Assembly (NCBI GenBank): GCA_026395915.1 | Contig: JAPLXU010000018.1 | Location: forward strand, 23,832 to 76,575 | From: Candidatus Nomurabacteria bacterium | GTDB taxonomy: Bacteria; Patescibacteriota; Minisyncoccia; Phycocordibacterales; UBA9973 | Reading direction: 5' to 3' | Length of the DNA stretch: 52,744 bases | Shown: positions 8,101 through 17,665 of the stretch, piece after piece | How positions within the stretch are numbered: position 1 is the stretch's first letter | How the letters are laid out: each line of letters starts with the position of its first letter | Notes under the pieces: generated by a model | Database searches by the model: none | Told to the model about the DNA's origin: nothing | What the model saw: only the letters and a program-made list of their open reading frames with translations | Program-made: the position numbers and the translations under genes

Positions 8101-8858
8101 TGAGCAAGGACTCCCCTTGCTCAAAATTATGTCTAAGAATATAATAGGCAGATGTACAGAAAAACACCATTTGCGGAAAATGAACATTATCATATTTATT
8201 CTCGAGGAGTAGAAAAACGCAAAATATTTTTAAATACGAAAGACTACAACCGTTTTGTTGCCCTCTTGTACATAATGAACCAAACTGATCCATTCAGAAT
8301 GGACAATTTCATGCGCGAAAATAAAAATAATTTAACAAACATTTTCAATGAGGAAAGAAATAAACCTCTCGTGTCAATATTGGGTTATTGTTTAATGCCA
8401 AATCATTTTCATTTGATTTTATACGAACGCACAGAAAATGGAATAAGTAAATTCATGGGCAAGCTCTTAACTGCCTACTCAATGTATTTCAATACAAAAT
8501 ACGAACGAAGTGGTCCCCTTCTGACAAGACCATTCCGATCGGAACATATTAGTAGTGAATCACAATACATGTATATATTTTCTTATATTCATCTCAACCC
8601 ACTCTCAATTATTGATAAAACATGGAAAGAGGATGGCGTGAAAAACAAAAACATGGCAAAAGATTTTTTAGAAAACTATCAATTTTCAAGCTTTCAAGAC
8701 TTTCTCGAAAAAGATCGACCAGAAAAAATAATACTAGATTTTTCGTTAATTCCAGAATATATAAAGAATATGGAATTAGGTTTTAAAACATACGAGCAGT
8801 TATTTCAAGAAAATATCAATGCAAAACAACAGAGTTGAGCAAGGGGAGTCCTTGCTCA
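8101..8858 (+). mobile_element. REP-RAYT-REP unit: Y1/HUH (IS200-like, REP-associated) transposase gene bracketed by perfect inverted 23-nt hairpins
   Basis: 8101-8123 tgagcaaggactccccttgctca and 8836-8858 tgagcaaggggagtccttgctca are exact reverse complements. Each is a 9-bp stem with a 5-nt loop. The right hairpin includes the transposase stop codon. Confidence 0.8.
8152..8838 (+). CDS. REP-associated tyrosine transposase (RAYT) / IS200-like Y1 transposase
   Basis: HUH motif in GYCLMPNHFHLILYE and catalytic-Tyr region YIFSYIHLNPL. 228 aa with an ATG start. Confidence 0.85.
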   Translation: MYRKTPFAENEHYHIYSRGVEKRKIFLNTKDYNRFVALLYIMNQTDPFRMDNFMRENKNNLTNIFNEERNKPLVSILGYCLMPNHFHLILYERTENGISKFMGKLLTAYSMYFNTKYERSGPLLTRPFRSEHISSESQYMYIFSYIHLNPLSIIDKTWKEDGVKNKNMAKDFLENYQFSSFQDFLEKDRPEKIILDFSLIPEYIKNMELGFKTYEQLFQENINAKQQS

Positions 8859-8866
8859 GTTGGGGA

Positions 8867-8896
8867 AAATGAAAACCGCCCTCCCAAACGGTTTTC
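8867..8896 (-). terminator. Hairpin with short U-tract downstream of the 222-aa gene
   Basis: GAAAACCG (8871-8878) pairs with CGGTTTTC (8889-8896) across a 10-nt loop. On the minus strand it is followed by ATTTTCCCC. Confidence 0.35.
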
Positions 8897-8937
8897 ACTG
8901 TTGGTTGAGCGGTTTGTTTTGATGGGAGGGAACAAAG

Positions 8938-9606
8938 TTACTGTTGCGGGGTAACGACACGAGGCTGATACTGGGCACGCCAGACGAAGTCGTCCGAGAA
9001 CTCGTCGACGTACACCCAGAGCTGACCAAAGTCGCCGAAGCTCACGAGGGCAACGAAGACATTTGATAGATCGTCCTTGACAGGTTCGTCGTCCTTCGTG
9101 ACCACAGCAAAAACAGAATACCTATCTTTACACAACTTCTTGGAGTGTGTGTTGCTAAGATTGGCAAGATGACCTCTGTGTAATCGTCGTTGCTCAAGTT
9201 GAAGGGCAGTATTCCCCAAAAAATCTGGGAACTTACCATTTTCAACAAGCTCATCGACAACAACTTTGATTGCCGGCGCCGGCTTGCACTTGCCAAGCAG
9301 GCTCTCGCCGAAAACCCCACCCGGAAAGACACCGCTTTCCTCCAGCGTTTTCTTGCCATCGGTGGCGCCGACGATAATCACTTCCGTTTCAAACAGGCGA
9401 CGGAGATAAACTTTCTCAGCGACCTGATTTACGATGTCCTGAAGAATTCCCGCGACCTTTTCTGGGTCACGGACTCCGTCCATGATCATTTTTCCGACCA
9501 TGATATAGAGTTTCCAAAGACGCTCATAAACATTTCCGACAACCACAACTGCGTTATTTTTGTTACCCACAATTACCTCTCTTATTTTTATGTTATGTGC
9601 ATTCAC
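8938..9606 (-). CDS. Hypothetical protein, 222 aa, GC-rich foreign-looking gene (GTG start)
   Basis: Long ORF whose composition and GC-rich third codon positions (e.g. gac gag ttc tcg gac gac ttc gtc tgg cgt gcc) contrast sharply with the AT-rich neighbours. No motif recognised. Confidence 0.55.
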   Translation of the reverse strand: MNAHNIKIREVIVGNKNNAVVVVGNVYERLWKLYIMVGKMIMDGVRDPEKVAGILQDIVNQVAEKVYLRRLFETEVIIVGATDGKKTLEESGVFPGGVFGESLLGKCKPAPAIKVVVDELVENGKFPDFLGNTALQLEQRRLHRGHLANLSNTHSKKLCKDRYSVFAVVTKDDEPVKDDLSNVFVALVSFGDFGQLWVYVDEFSDDFVWRAQYQPRVVTPQQ

Positions 9607-9759
9607 CCGTTACTCACAGGTATAGTCCGAGCATTCGGACAATTTACAGGATTACTCCTGCGTTTTCTGACTCTCACAAAATTATATATCTTTTAAATAA
9701 AAAGTCAATAGGGTTATTCCTACATTCAATAACGAAAATGTTGTATCATAAGAGGATAC

Positions 9760-11457
9760 ATGGCTCCATTTGACGAAGAAAAACAAAATAAACAACTGGA
9801 TGACTTGCATAAACAGGAAGAAGAACAGCTGGTGGCAACTTTGGCGGAATCAAAATACGATCTCCCTTATGTCGACCTCTATCGTCTCGGCATAGACAAC
9901 GAAGCTCTCCGAACTATATCGCACGAAGACGCAATGAAAATGAACGTGGCGCCTTTCAAGCTTTTCGGGAAAAATATTTTCATCGCTGTTCGTTCTCCGT
10001 CGGACGATCTTTTCAAAACGCTTAGAGACGATATGGGGAGAAAAAATTTAACTCCCACTTTTTACATGGCTTCGAACGCAAGCTTGAACAAAGTCTGGGA
10101 TAGATACAAGGAAATTTCCATGGCGGAAAGTTCGTTAGTCGGAGGGGTGGATATTTCCGGAGAAGTTCTAGAAGAAACTGCCAAAAAAATACAAAAAATG
10201 CAGGACATCCAAAAAATGGTGACCGAAGCATTGGAAGGAAACAAAATTCATAAAATTTCTCGACTGCTTGAAATAATTCTAGCTGGTGGAATCGCTATTA
10301 AAGCTTCCGACATACACATCGAACCGGAAAAAGAAAGAGGCAGGTTGCGCTTGCGTCTCGATGGCGTTCTGCAAGACGTTAATTTTTTCGGATTGGATGT
10401 TTATCATCTGCTCAATTCTCGCATCAAGCTTTTGTCGGGCATGAAATTAACTTCAAAAATTGCGCAAGACGGACGTTTCAGCATCATGGAGAAAGACGAA
10501 GAGATAAGCATCCGTACCTCCCTCATTCCTGGGGCCTACGGCGAATCGATCGTGATGCGTATTTTGGATCCAAAATCTATCCAGGTAAAACTTGAAGAAA
10601 TCGGCATAGAACCTTTTCTCTTTTCCGTCATTGAGCAGGAAATCGCAAAACCAAATGGATTGATACTCGTCACCGGTCCGACTGGTTCCGGAAAAACGAC
10701 AACTCTTTACGCGTTCCTCCGAAAAATTTATTCTCCAGAAATAAAAATAATAACAATCGAAGATCCGATCGAATATCACTTGACCGGAATAACTCAAACT
10801 CAAACAAACGAAGAAAAAGGCTACACTTTCGTGGAAGGCTTGCGTTCAGCTCTCCGTCAAGATCCAGACGTGGTGATGGTCGGAGAAATCCGCGATAGAG
10901 AAACAGCCGAGATCGCCGTGCAATCCGCCCTGACCGGCCACATAGTCTTTTCCACCTTGCACACGAACAACGCAGCCGGCGTCATCCCCCGATTGATTGA
11001 TCTAGGAGTGAATCCGAAAATATTGGTTTCGGCTCTTTCCCTCTCCATAGCTCAACGTTTGGTCCGTAAGTTGTGTCCATTTTGCAAAAAAGAAAAAGCT
11101 CCGACAGAAAAAGAAGCTCAAACTATCAAAACAGTTATGGAAAGCATCAAAGCGGAAGGAAAAAATCTTTCAAATTATAATATAAATCCCGACGCGCCTA
11201 TTAAACTTTTCTCAATTGTTGGCTGTGAAAAATGCAATATGCTCGGATACAAAGGACGAATCGGTATCTTTGAAGCGATAAAAACAGACGAAGCAATAGA
11301 AAAAATAATGCCAGCGAATCCGAGCGAACACGAGATCAAAAAAGTCGCGCGAGCGCAAGGCATACTCTCGATGCGTCAAGACGGCATAGTAAAAATCCTA
11401 AACGGAATAACATCGCTTGAAGAAGTACAGAGCGTCGTGGATTTGAATGAGGAATAA
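9760..11457 (+). CDS. pilB: Type IV pilus / type II secretion assembly ATPase (PilB/GspE family)
   Basis: Walker A LVTGPTGSGKTTTLYA, Asp box, Walker B VVMVGEIRD, His box STLHTN, C-terminal tetracysteine CPFC...CEKC. AGAGGA Shine-Dalgarno 7 nt upstream. Confidence 0.9.
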   Translation: MAPFDEEKQNKQLDDLHKQEEEQLVATLAESKYDLPYVDLYRLGIDNEALRTISHEDAMKMNVAPFKLFGKNIFIAVRSPSDDLFKTLRDDMGRKNLTPTFYMASNASLNKVWDRYKEISMAESSLVGGVDISGEVLEETAKKIQKMQDIQKMVTEALEGNKIHKISRLLEIILAGGIAIKASDIHIEPEKERGRLRLRLDGVLQDVNFFGLDVYHLLNSRIKLLSGMKLTSKIAQDGRFSIMEKDEEISIRTSLIPGAYGESIVMRILDPKSIQVKLEEIGIEPFLFSVIEQEIAKPNGLILVTGPTGSGKTTTLYAFLRKIYSPEIKIITIEDPIEYHLTGITQTQTNEEKGYTFVEGLRSALRQDPDVVMVGEIRDRETAEIAVQSALTGHIVFSTLHTNNAAGVIPRLIDLGVNPKILVSALSLSIAQRLVRKLCPFCKKEKAPTEKEAQTIKTVMESIKAEGKNLSNYNINPDAPIKLFSIVGCEKCNMLGYKGRIGIFEAIKTDEAIEKIMPANPSEHEIKKVARAQGILSMRQDGIVKILNGITSLEEVQSVVDLNEE

Positions 11458-11460
11458 AAT

Positions 11461-11838
11461 ATGAAAAAAAATATCTTGTCGATTTTAATAATTGTAATTT
11501 CTATAATAATTTTTACTGTTTCGGTTATATATATTCAGTACGGTGCATCTATAAAACCAGAACTCTCAATTCAAATCCATGAGTTGTGTAATGTGAAGTT
11601 CGGTTGCAATTATTATAGTTTAGCTAATATCTTTATCTTCGTAATTATCATTCCTATCTTTTTTTTACTTTATTTTCGAAACAATCTATCATTAACAGAC
11701 AAGAATGACAAAAATTATTTTAAGGTCGAGGGGGAAAAACCTAAGTTGTTATACAAAAAGATATTTTATATTCTCTGCTTGATTATCATTTATGTAGGAG
11801 CAATCGCTTATTATACATATTTAGTCTTCGGCAGTTAA
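11461..11838 (+). CDS. Small integral membrane protein (3 TM), hypothetical
   Basis: Begins 4 nt after pilB. Hydrophobic segments ILSILIIVISIIIFTVSVIYI, IFIFVIIIPIFFLLYF and FYILCLIIIYVGAIAYYTYLVF. No prepilin motif. Confidence 0.45.
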   Translation: MKKNILSILIIVISIIIFTVSVIYIQYGASIKPELSIQIHELCNVKFGCNYYSLANIFIFVIIIPIFFLLYFRNNLSLTDKNDKNYFKVEGEKPKLLYKKIFYILCLIIIYVGAIAYYTYLVFGS

Positions 11839-11863
11839 TTTAAGGCATGATTTCCAAATATTT

Positions 11864-12685
11864 CTATTCTATCTCCCCTTTAAATACAAACTGAGCTTCT
11901 CCGCGAAGAATTATCTCACCTTTTTCGTTTTCTGATAAATACAATTTTCCGCCTGGGAATTCCAAGGTAATTTCTTTCTGCGTTAGGTCTTGCCTAACGC
12001 GATTTTTTAGAATTGCATACACAGCGCAGGCGCCTGTGCCACAGGCTAGAGTTGCCCCGCAACCTCTCTCCCAAACTTTTACTTTGAAATAATTGTCAGA
12101 AACTTTTTCTACGAATTCCACATTTATTTTGTTTGGAAAATGTGAATTATTTTCAATTTTCGGACCGACTTGAGATATGTCGATATCAGAAACGTTTTTC
12201 ACAAATCCGACAGCATGCGGATTGCCCATAGAAACAAAACTAAATTCAATGTTTTCAAGGACGAGAGGACTGTTTGGAAAATCAGCATGAGAAAACACAG
12301 GCGCTCCCATGTTTACAGAAAAACTTCCGTTATTATTACACGTAATTTCTTTTATTCCTGCTCTTGTATCGATCTGCAGTTCTTTCAGTTTAGCTTTTGT
12401 TTGTTCTAAAAAGAATTTGGCGGTGCATCTCACTCCATTCCCGCACATTTCCGCCAAAGTTCCGTCAGCGTTGTAATAATTCATAAAACAATCTGCTTGT
12501 GGTGAGCCTGCCGAATCCGCTTTTTTTGATGACTCGAGAAGAATCACGCCGTCTCCCCCTATACCAAAATGCCGATCACACAAAAGTTTTACTTTTTCTG
12601 CTTCGGGAACGCCAAAATGCCCTTCACGATTGTCTATCATGATAAAATCATTCCCGGCGCCGTGATATTTGTAAAATTCAATCAT
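11864..12685 (-). CDS. dapF: Diaminopimelate epimerase
   Basis: FYKYHGAGNDFIMIDN, catalytic cysteines in MCGNGVRC and ACGTGACA. Confidence 0.9.
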   Translation of the reverse strand: MIEFYKYHGAGNDFIMIDNREGHFGVPEAEKVKLLCDRHFGIGGDGVILLESSKKADSAGSPQADCFMNYYNADGTLAEMCGNGVRCTAKFFLEQTKAKLKELQIDTRAGIKEITCNNNGSFSVNMGAPVFSHADFPNSPLVLENIEFSFVSMGNPHAVGFVKNVSDIDISQVGPKIENNSHFPNKINVEFVEKVSDNYFKVKVWERGCGATLACGTGACAVYAILKNRVRQDLTQKEITLEFPGGKLYLSENEKGEIILRGEAQFVFKGEIE

Positions 12686-12713
12686 GTTTATATTATAATC
12701 TTTCCTTAAAAAA

Positions 12714-13634
12714 TTAGCTGATAAGCGTCCCTTCCGAATTCAAATCCCAAAATGGTCTTACTTGCAAAGGAATTCTTTTTTCTTTAACTTCATTCAGTGT
12801 TTTGGGGTGCACTAAACCGAGAGCTGTGGTTTTTAAAAGTTCGTCGAGACGGTCGTAAGTGAGAGAATCAATTTTCTTTGCATTTTCATTGCCGGACAAC
12901 TTTGGATTTTTATCCATGACGCCCGGGACATCTTTCCAAAGAACAACTCTGTTCGCTCGAAGCAAATTGCCCAAAATGCCAGCAGTGTAATCGCTGCCTT
13001 CCCTACCCAAAGTTGTCATGAATCTCGTATTGTTTTCCTTTTTGTTCTCATAGAATCCGATAAAACCTTGAGTGATAATATTTTTATGAGATTTGAACAT
13101 CTGTTCGGTAATTTGTAATTTTAAATTTTCATAAGTAGCTTGTTTGTCGACATTCGCGGAATTAAAATTAGAATCCGTGCATAAAAAATCAGTGGCAAAA
13201 ACGAGTTTGTTCGGAACATTCATAAAAGAAAAATAATTGCTGACAATCAAACTCGCCAATATTTCTCCAAAAGGCACAATCTGGTCGTAAACAAGCTTAG
13301 CGTCTTTTGAATGCCCAATATCGGCGAGAGTTTTATTTATCTTTTTAAAAACATCTTCAATGATGCCGAAAACCACATGCCCAGCAGGAAAAAGTTCTGA
13401 CGCGATACCAATATGAAAAGCTTTTAACTCGTTTACAGTTTTTTCGCTTTCTTTTTCCTCTCTGCTTACATAACTTTTCACTATTTTTTCCAGATTATTA
13501 GTAGTCTTGCCGAAAGCGGAAAATACATTCACAGTGTGAGTTTCAGAAGAAAAACTTTTAAATACTTCAAGCAAATGTTTAACCGGAACAGCTCCGTCTA
13601 AAATACCTCCGCCAAATTTATTTACTACAATCAT
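12714..13634 (-). CDS. lysC: Aspartate kinase, catalytic (amino-acid kinase) domain only, no ACT domains
   Basis: MIVVNKFGGG start (KFGG motif), GREGSDYTAGILGNLLRANRVVLWKDVPGVMDKNPK. It ends at ...RPFWDLNSEGTLIS, the usual end of the kinase domain. Start moved to the ATG at 13634 so it no longer overlaps asd. Confidence 0.8.
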   Translation of the reverse strand: MIVVNKFGGGILDGAVPVKHLLEVFKSFSSETHTVNVFSAFGKTTNNLEKIVKSYVSREEKESEKTVNELKAFHIGIASELFPAGHVVFGIIEDVFKKINKTLADIGHSKDAKLVYDQIVPFGEILASLIVSNYFSFMNVPNKLVFATDFLCTDSNFNSANVDKQATYENLKLQITEQMFKSHKNIITQGFIGFYENKKENNTRFMTTLGREGSDYTAGILGNLLRANRVVLWKDVPGVMDKNPKLSGNENAKKIDSLTYDRLDELLKTTALGLVHPKTLNEVKEKRIPLQVRPFWDLNSEGTLIS

Positions 13635-13647
13635 AAATTTATTAAAT

Positions 13648-14649
13648 TTAAATAAGACCTTTGTTACACAAATATTCCGCAATCTGCACCGCGTTGGTCG
13701 CCGCTCCTTTGCGCAGATTGTCGGCTACAATCCACATATTAAGAGCTTTATCTTTTGATTCATCACGTCTGAGTCGACCCACAAAAACTTCGTCTTTGCC
13801 ATTCGCGTAAATAGGCATAGGGTATTGCGCATTTTTCACATCATCCACAACCACGACTCCCGACATTTCAGAAAGCAACTTTTTTACTTTTTCTAAATCA
13901 TAGTCTTTCTCGAATTCGACGTTCACTGACTCGGAATGCCCACCTATGACTGGCACCCGGACTGTGGTTGCGGTTATTTGGATATTTTTGTCGCCCAATA
14001 TTTTCCTCGTCTCATTCACCATTTTCATTTCTTCTTTTGTATATCCGTTAGGAAGAAAAACATCAATCTGCGGAATCAGATTAAGGTCAATCGGATACTT
14101 GTAAATCATTTCTCCTTTCACGCCCTGCCGTTCATTCATCAGCTGATCTACCGCTTTTTTGCCCGTGCCGGTCACCGACTGATATGTCGAGACAACTATT
14201 CTTTTTATTTTGAATTTTTTGTGTAAAGGATAAAGCGCCATGACCATTTGGATAGTCGAACAATTTGGATTGGCAATAATTTTGTCTTTTTTGGTTAAAA
14301 CATTTCCATTGATCTCGGGTACGACAAGTTTTTTGGAAGAATCCATTCTCCATGCAGAAGAGTTGTCGATCACGACGGCTCCTATTTCCGCAAAAGCCGG
14401 AGCCCACTCCAGAGAAGCAGACCCACCAGCCGAAAACAAAACAATGTCTGGTTTTTGCGCAATAGCATCTTTAACAGAAATGATCTTATGAGATACTCCA
14501 TTGAACTTTATGGTCTTGCCGACTGATTTTTCGCTCGCGACTGGAAATAACTTGAGAACTGGGAATTTTTTCTCTTCTAAGACTTTCAACATGGTCCTGC
14601 CGACCAATCCAGACGATCCAACTACTGCAATTTTTCTCTTTTTAATCAT
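13648..14649 (-). CDS. asd: Aspartate-semialdehyde dehydrogenase
   Basis: N-terminal Rossmann motif VVGSSGLVG, active-site NPNCSTI, GHSESV. Confidence 0.92.
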   Translation of the reverse strand: MIKKRKIAVVGSSGLVGRTMLKVLEEKKFPVLKLFPVASEKSVGKTIKFNGVSHKIISVKDAIAQKPDIVLFSAGGSASLEWAPAFAEIGAVVIDNSSAWRMDSSKKLVVPEINGNVLTKKDKIIANPNCSTIQMVMALYPLHKKFKIKRIVVSTYQSVTGTGKKAVDQLMNERQGVKGEMIYKYPIDLNLIPQIDVFLPNGYTKEEMKMVNETRKILGDKNIQITATTVRVPVIGGHSESVNVEFEKDYDLEKVKKLLSEMSGVVVVDDVKNAQYPMPIYANGKDEVFVGRLRRDESKDKALNMWIVADNLRKGAATNAVQIAEYLCNKGLI

Positions 14650-14664
14650 TATATTTCGATTCGT

Positions 14665-15897
14665 TTATAATTTAAAATTGTCTCGGATACTTTTTACTGC
14701 TTTTTCTATGTCTTCACGATGTCCAAAAGCGGTCAAACGCAGATAGCCTTCTCCAGCCGTTCCGAAACCACAGCCGGGGGTGCCAATGACGTGCGCTTCA
14801 TTCAAAAGCTTGTCGAAGAATTCCCAAGAGCTCAAACCTTTCGGATTTTTCACCCAAATATACGGAGCATGTTCCCCACCGAAAACTTTGAAACCGAGTT
14901 TCAATAAATTATCTTTTATAATTTTTGCATTCCTCATATAATATCCAACCATCTCCTTGCTTTCTTTTAGACCTGCCGGCGACAAGACCGCCACCGCACC
15001 CGCTTGAGCAACATTCGACGCGCCATTGAACATTGTGCCCTGTCTCCTCCCCCAAAGACTGTTGACCTTGCCTCTTTGTGTCCCTTCGATAACTAAATCC
15101 ATTGGCACGACTGTCCAACCAAGGCGAACACCGGTAAAACCTGACCATTTTGAAAAGCTGTTAATTTCGATAGCGCATTTTTTCGCTCCCTCTATTTCAT
15201 AAATACTTTTTGGCAAAGATTGGTCGGAAATATATTCGACATAAGCCGCGTCATAAATGATAACTGCTTTATTTTTTATTGCGTAATCAATAAAAGTTTC
15301 CAGCTGTTTTTTTGTAGCGACAGAACCAGTAGGGTTATTAGGATTGCAAAGATAAATTATGTCTACCTTTTCTTTTGGAGGGACAGGCACAAAGCCGTTC
15401 TTTTCATTGCACTCCATATACACCAGACCCTCATATTTTCCATCAACTAACTCTCCCGTCCTACCGGCGATGACAGTGCTATCCAAATATGCTGGGTAAA
15501 CCGGATCAGAAATTGCCACGATATTATTTGAACCAAAAATTGACTGAATGTTTGCGAGATCTGTCTTTGCGCCGTCGTTAACAAAAATTTCTTGCGCCTC
15601 TAAATTAATATTTTTTGTTTTATAAAAATTAATGAGAGCATTTTGCAGTTTTATATTTCCCTCTTTCCCCTCTGCGTCTTGATATCCAGTGTATGTTTTA
15701 ACATTGCCAAGCCTTTCTACGCCTTCCATCATTCCTTTGACGACAAAGGGTGACAAGGGTTCTGTCGTATCGCCAACTCCGAGTCGCATGACCCCTACAC
15801 CTGGTTTTTTTTCGATAAAATCTCTTGTGCGTTTTGCTATTTCGGAAAATAAATATCCTCTCTGCAATTTATCAAAATTTTTATTGATGGTAGCCAT
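14665..15897 (-). CDS. dapL: LL-diaminopimelate aminotransferase
   Basis: MATINKNFDKLQRGYLFSEIAKR N-terminus typical of DapL. PLP-lysine context NSFSKWSGFTGVRLGW. Confidence 0.85.
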   Translation of the reverse strand: MATINKNFDKLQRGYLFSEIAKRTRDFIEKKPGVGVMRLGVGDTTEPLSPFVVKGMMEGVERLGNVKTYTGYQDAEGKEGNIKLQNALINFYKTKNINLEAQEIFVNDGAKTDLANIQSIFGSNNIVAISDPVYPAYLDSTVIAGRTGELVDGKYEGLVYMECNEKNGFVPVPPKEKVDIIYLCNPNNPTGSVATKKQLETFIDYAIKNKAVIIYDAAYVEYISDQSLPKSIYEIEGAKKCAIEINSFSKWSGFTGVRLGWTVVPMDLVIEGTQRGKVNSLWGRRQGTMFNGASNVAQAGAVAVLSPAGLKESKEMVGYYMRNAKIIKDNLLKLGFKVFGGEHAPYIWVKNPKGLSSWEFFDKLLNEAHVIGTPGCGFGTAGEGYLRLTAFGHREDIEKAVKSIRDNFKL

Positions 15898-15912
15898 ATA
15901 TAATTGCCGAAA

Positions 15913-16815
15913 TTAAATTAATTTTAATTCTTTTAAAACTTTTTCTATCGGGGCTCTATTTTTGTCCTCGATGGAAGTGAGGGGCAATCTCAAACTCTCC
16001 TTGATAAATCCCATCATTGCCAAGGCTGTCTTGACTGGAATCGGATTAGACTCGATAAAATTTACGTTCATTAATCCTAAAAGATCATAGTGCAATTTTC
16101 TGGCTTCTTTCATGTCGCCTGCGAGCGCCCGATGTATCATTTCGGAAAACAGTTTGGGAACTTCGTTGCATACTACAGAAATGCAACCATGACCGCCAAG
16201 CGCGATAAGTGGCAAAGCGAGAGAATCATCTCCGCATAACACCATGAAATCTTTCGGCCCATTCTTCGCCGTTTCGTTTATTATTTCCATCATCTGATTG
16301 AGAGATCCAGAAGCTTCTTTGACTGCTTTCACTTGTGGCACTTCTCGCGCAATTCGCACGATGGTCGCGGGAGAAACGTTAGAACCAGTCCTGCCCGGGA
16401 CATTGTATATGATAATCGGTAGATCTACGGCTTTGGCAATTTCTTTGAAATGAAGAACGAGACCGTTTGGCGTCGGCTTGTTGTAATAAGGGGTCACGTG
16501 AAGCAAACCATCGGCGCCCGCGGCTTTGGCTAGAAGAGAAAAATTAATCGCTTTCTTTGTGTCATTCGAACCCGCGCCGGCAATTACCGGAACTTTTCCT
16601 GAAACTGTTTTGACTACCGTTTTAATAACAGTGGAATATTCTTCTTCATCCAAAGTAGCCGCTTCCCCCGTGGAACCGCAGACAACTATCGCATCCGCCC
16701 CTCCTTTTAATTGATACAGGACTAATTTTTCCAAAGCTGGCAAATCCAAATCTCCGTTTTTTTCAAATGGTGTAACTATGGCAGGAATTGAACCAAAAAA
16801 TTTTACGTTTTTCAT
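15913..16815 (-). CDS. dapA: 4-hydroxy-tetrahydrodipicolinate synthase
   Basis: VCGSTGEAATL, Schiff-base lysine context VKAVKEASGS. 300 aa. Confidence 0.92.
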   Translation of the reverse strand: MKNVKFFGSIPAIVTPFEKNGDLDLPALEKLVLYQLKGGADAIVVCGSTGEAATLDEEEYSTVIKTVVKTVSGKVPVIAGAGSNDTKKAINFSLLAKAAGADGLLHVTPYYNKPTPNGLVLHFKEIAKAVDLPIIIYNVPGRTGSNVSPATIVRIAREVPQVKAVKEASGSLNQMMEIINETAKNGPKDFMVLCGDDSLALPLIALGGHGCISVVCNEVPKLFSEMIHRALAGDMKEARKLHYDLLGLMNVNFIESNPIPVKTALAMMGFIKESLRLPLTSIEDKNRAPIEKVLKELKLI

Positions 16816-16833
16816 ATTTTTTTATAAACTTAT

Positions 16834-17571
16834 TTATAATATATCTTCAAAAGAATACATGCCTTTTTTGTTTTTTATAAATTCAGCCGCAAGCAAAGAT
16901 CCCTTCGCAAAACCGACTCTGCCATAAGCTTGGTGAGACAGAGTTATGCCATCCGCGTTGCTATCGAACACCACTTCGTGAAAGCCTGGGTTTCTGCCAC
17001 CTCGGACAGAAGCAAAATGAAGTTCGTTTGGATTGATTTGTCTATTTAGTTTTTCTGTTTGGATAGATTTTTTAGCTGGGAAATTTTCTAAAATTTTTCC
17101 CGCGATTTTCAACGCTGTGCCAGAAGGGCTGTCTAACTTGCCACTGTGGTGAACTTCAAATCCATAAACGTCATACTCCGGAAATTTGGCGAAAAGCTTT
17201 GACGAGTTAGCCACCATTTTTAAAAAGATATTGGCTCCGACGGAAAAATTTGCGCCGTATATTAAACCTATTTTATACTTTTCGACTATCTTTTTGACTT
17301 TTTCCATGTCACCATACCACCCTGTCGTGCCGATCACTAAATTTTTCCCGAGTTTTGCAATTTGTTCGATATTTTTGAGCACTACATCTTTTGAAGTGAA
17401 ATCAATCGCAATGTCTGCTTTGGCAATACCTTCCAAATCCAGACTTTCGTCTTTATTTTTTTTAAAACTAGTTGAAACCACCTCAAAATTTTCAGAATCA
17501 CGACACAAAGCATCGATTTCGTGACCCATTTTGCCGAAACCGATCAAGGCAATTTTTATTTTACTTTTCAT
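16834..17571 (-). CDS. dapB: 4-hydroxy-tetrahydrodipicolinate reductase
   Basis: GFGKMG nucleotide-binding N-terminus and EVHHSGKLDSPSGTA signature. Confidence 0.9.
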   Translation of the reverse strand: MKSKIKIALIGFGKMGHEIDALCRDSENFEVVSTSFKKNKDESLDLEGIAKADIAIDFTSKDVVLKNIEQIAKLGKNLVIGTTGWYGDMEKVKKIVEKYKIGLIYGANFSVGANIFLKMVANSSKLFAKFPEYDVYGFEVHHSGKLDSPSGTALKIAGKILENFPAKKSIQTEKLNRQINPNELHFASVRGGRNPGFHEVVFDSNADGITLSHQAYGRVGFAKGSLLAAEFIKNKKGMYSFEDIL

Positions 17572-17665
17572 ATCTCTCTATAATACAACTGCAGACTATA
17601 ATGTTAACTTTTTTAACATTAACCTTGCAATTTGGACTTTTTGTAAAATCTGTTAAAATACTGTT

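Noticed and set aside
8065-8193. 43-codon N-terminal extension of the polA ORF
   Set aside because: The conserved Pol I 5'-nuclease begins at MPKDTRTLVLLD (ATG at 8064). The extension is hydrophobic nonsense that runs across the REP hairpin and into the RAYT gene.
12495-12540. Short GC-rich patch in dapF (SSKKADSAGSPQAD) as another inserted element
   Set aside because: It is too short and lacks a convincing palindrome. It may just be a variable loop.
13635-13682. 16-codon extension of the aspartokinase ORF overlapping asd
   Set aside because: The KFGG motif follows the internal MIVVN start, and using it removes the overlap.
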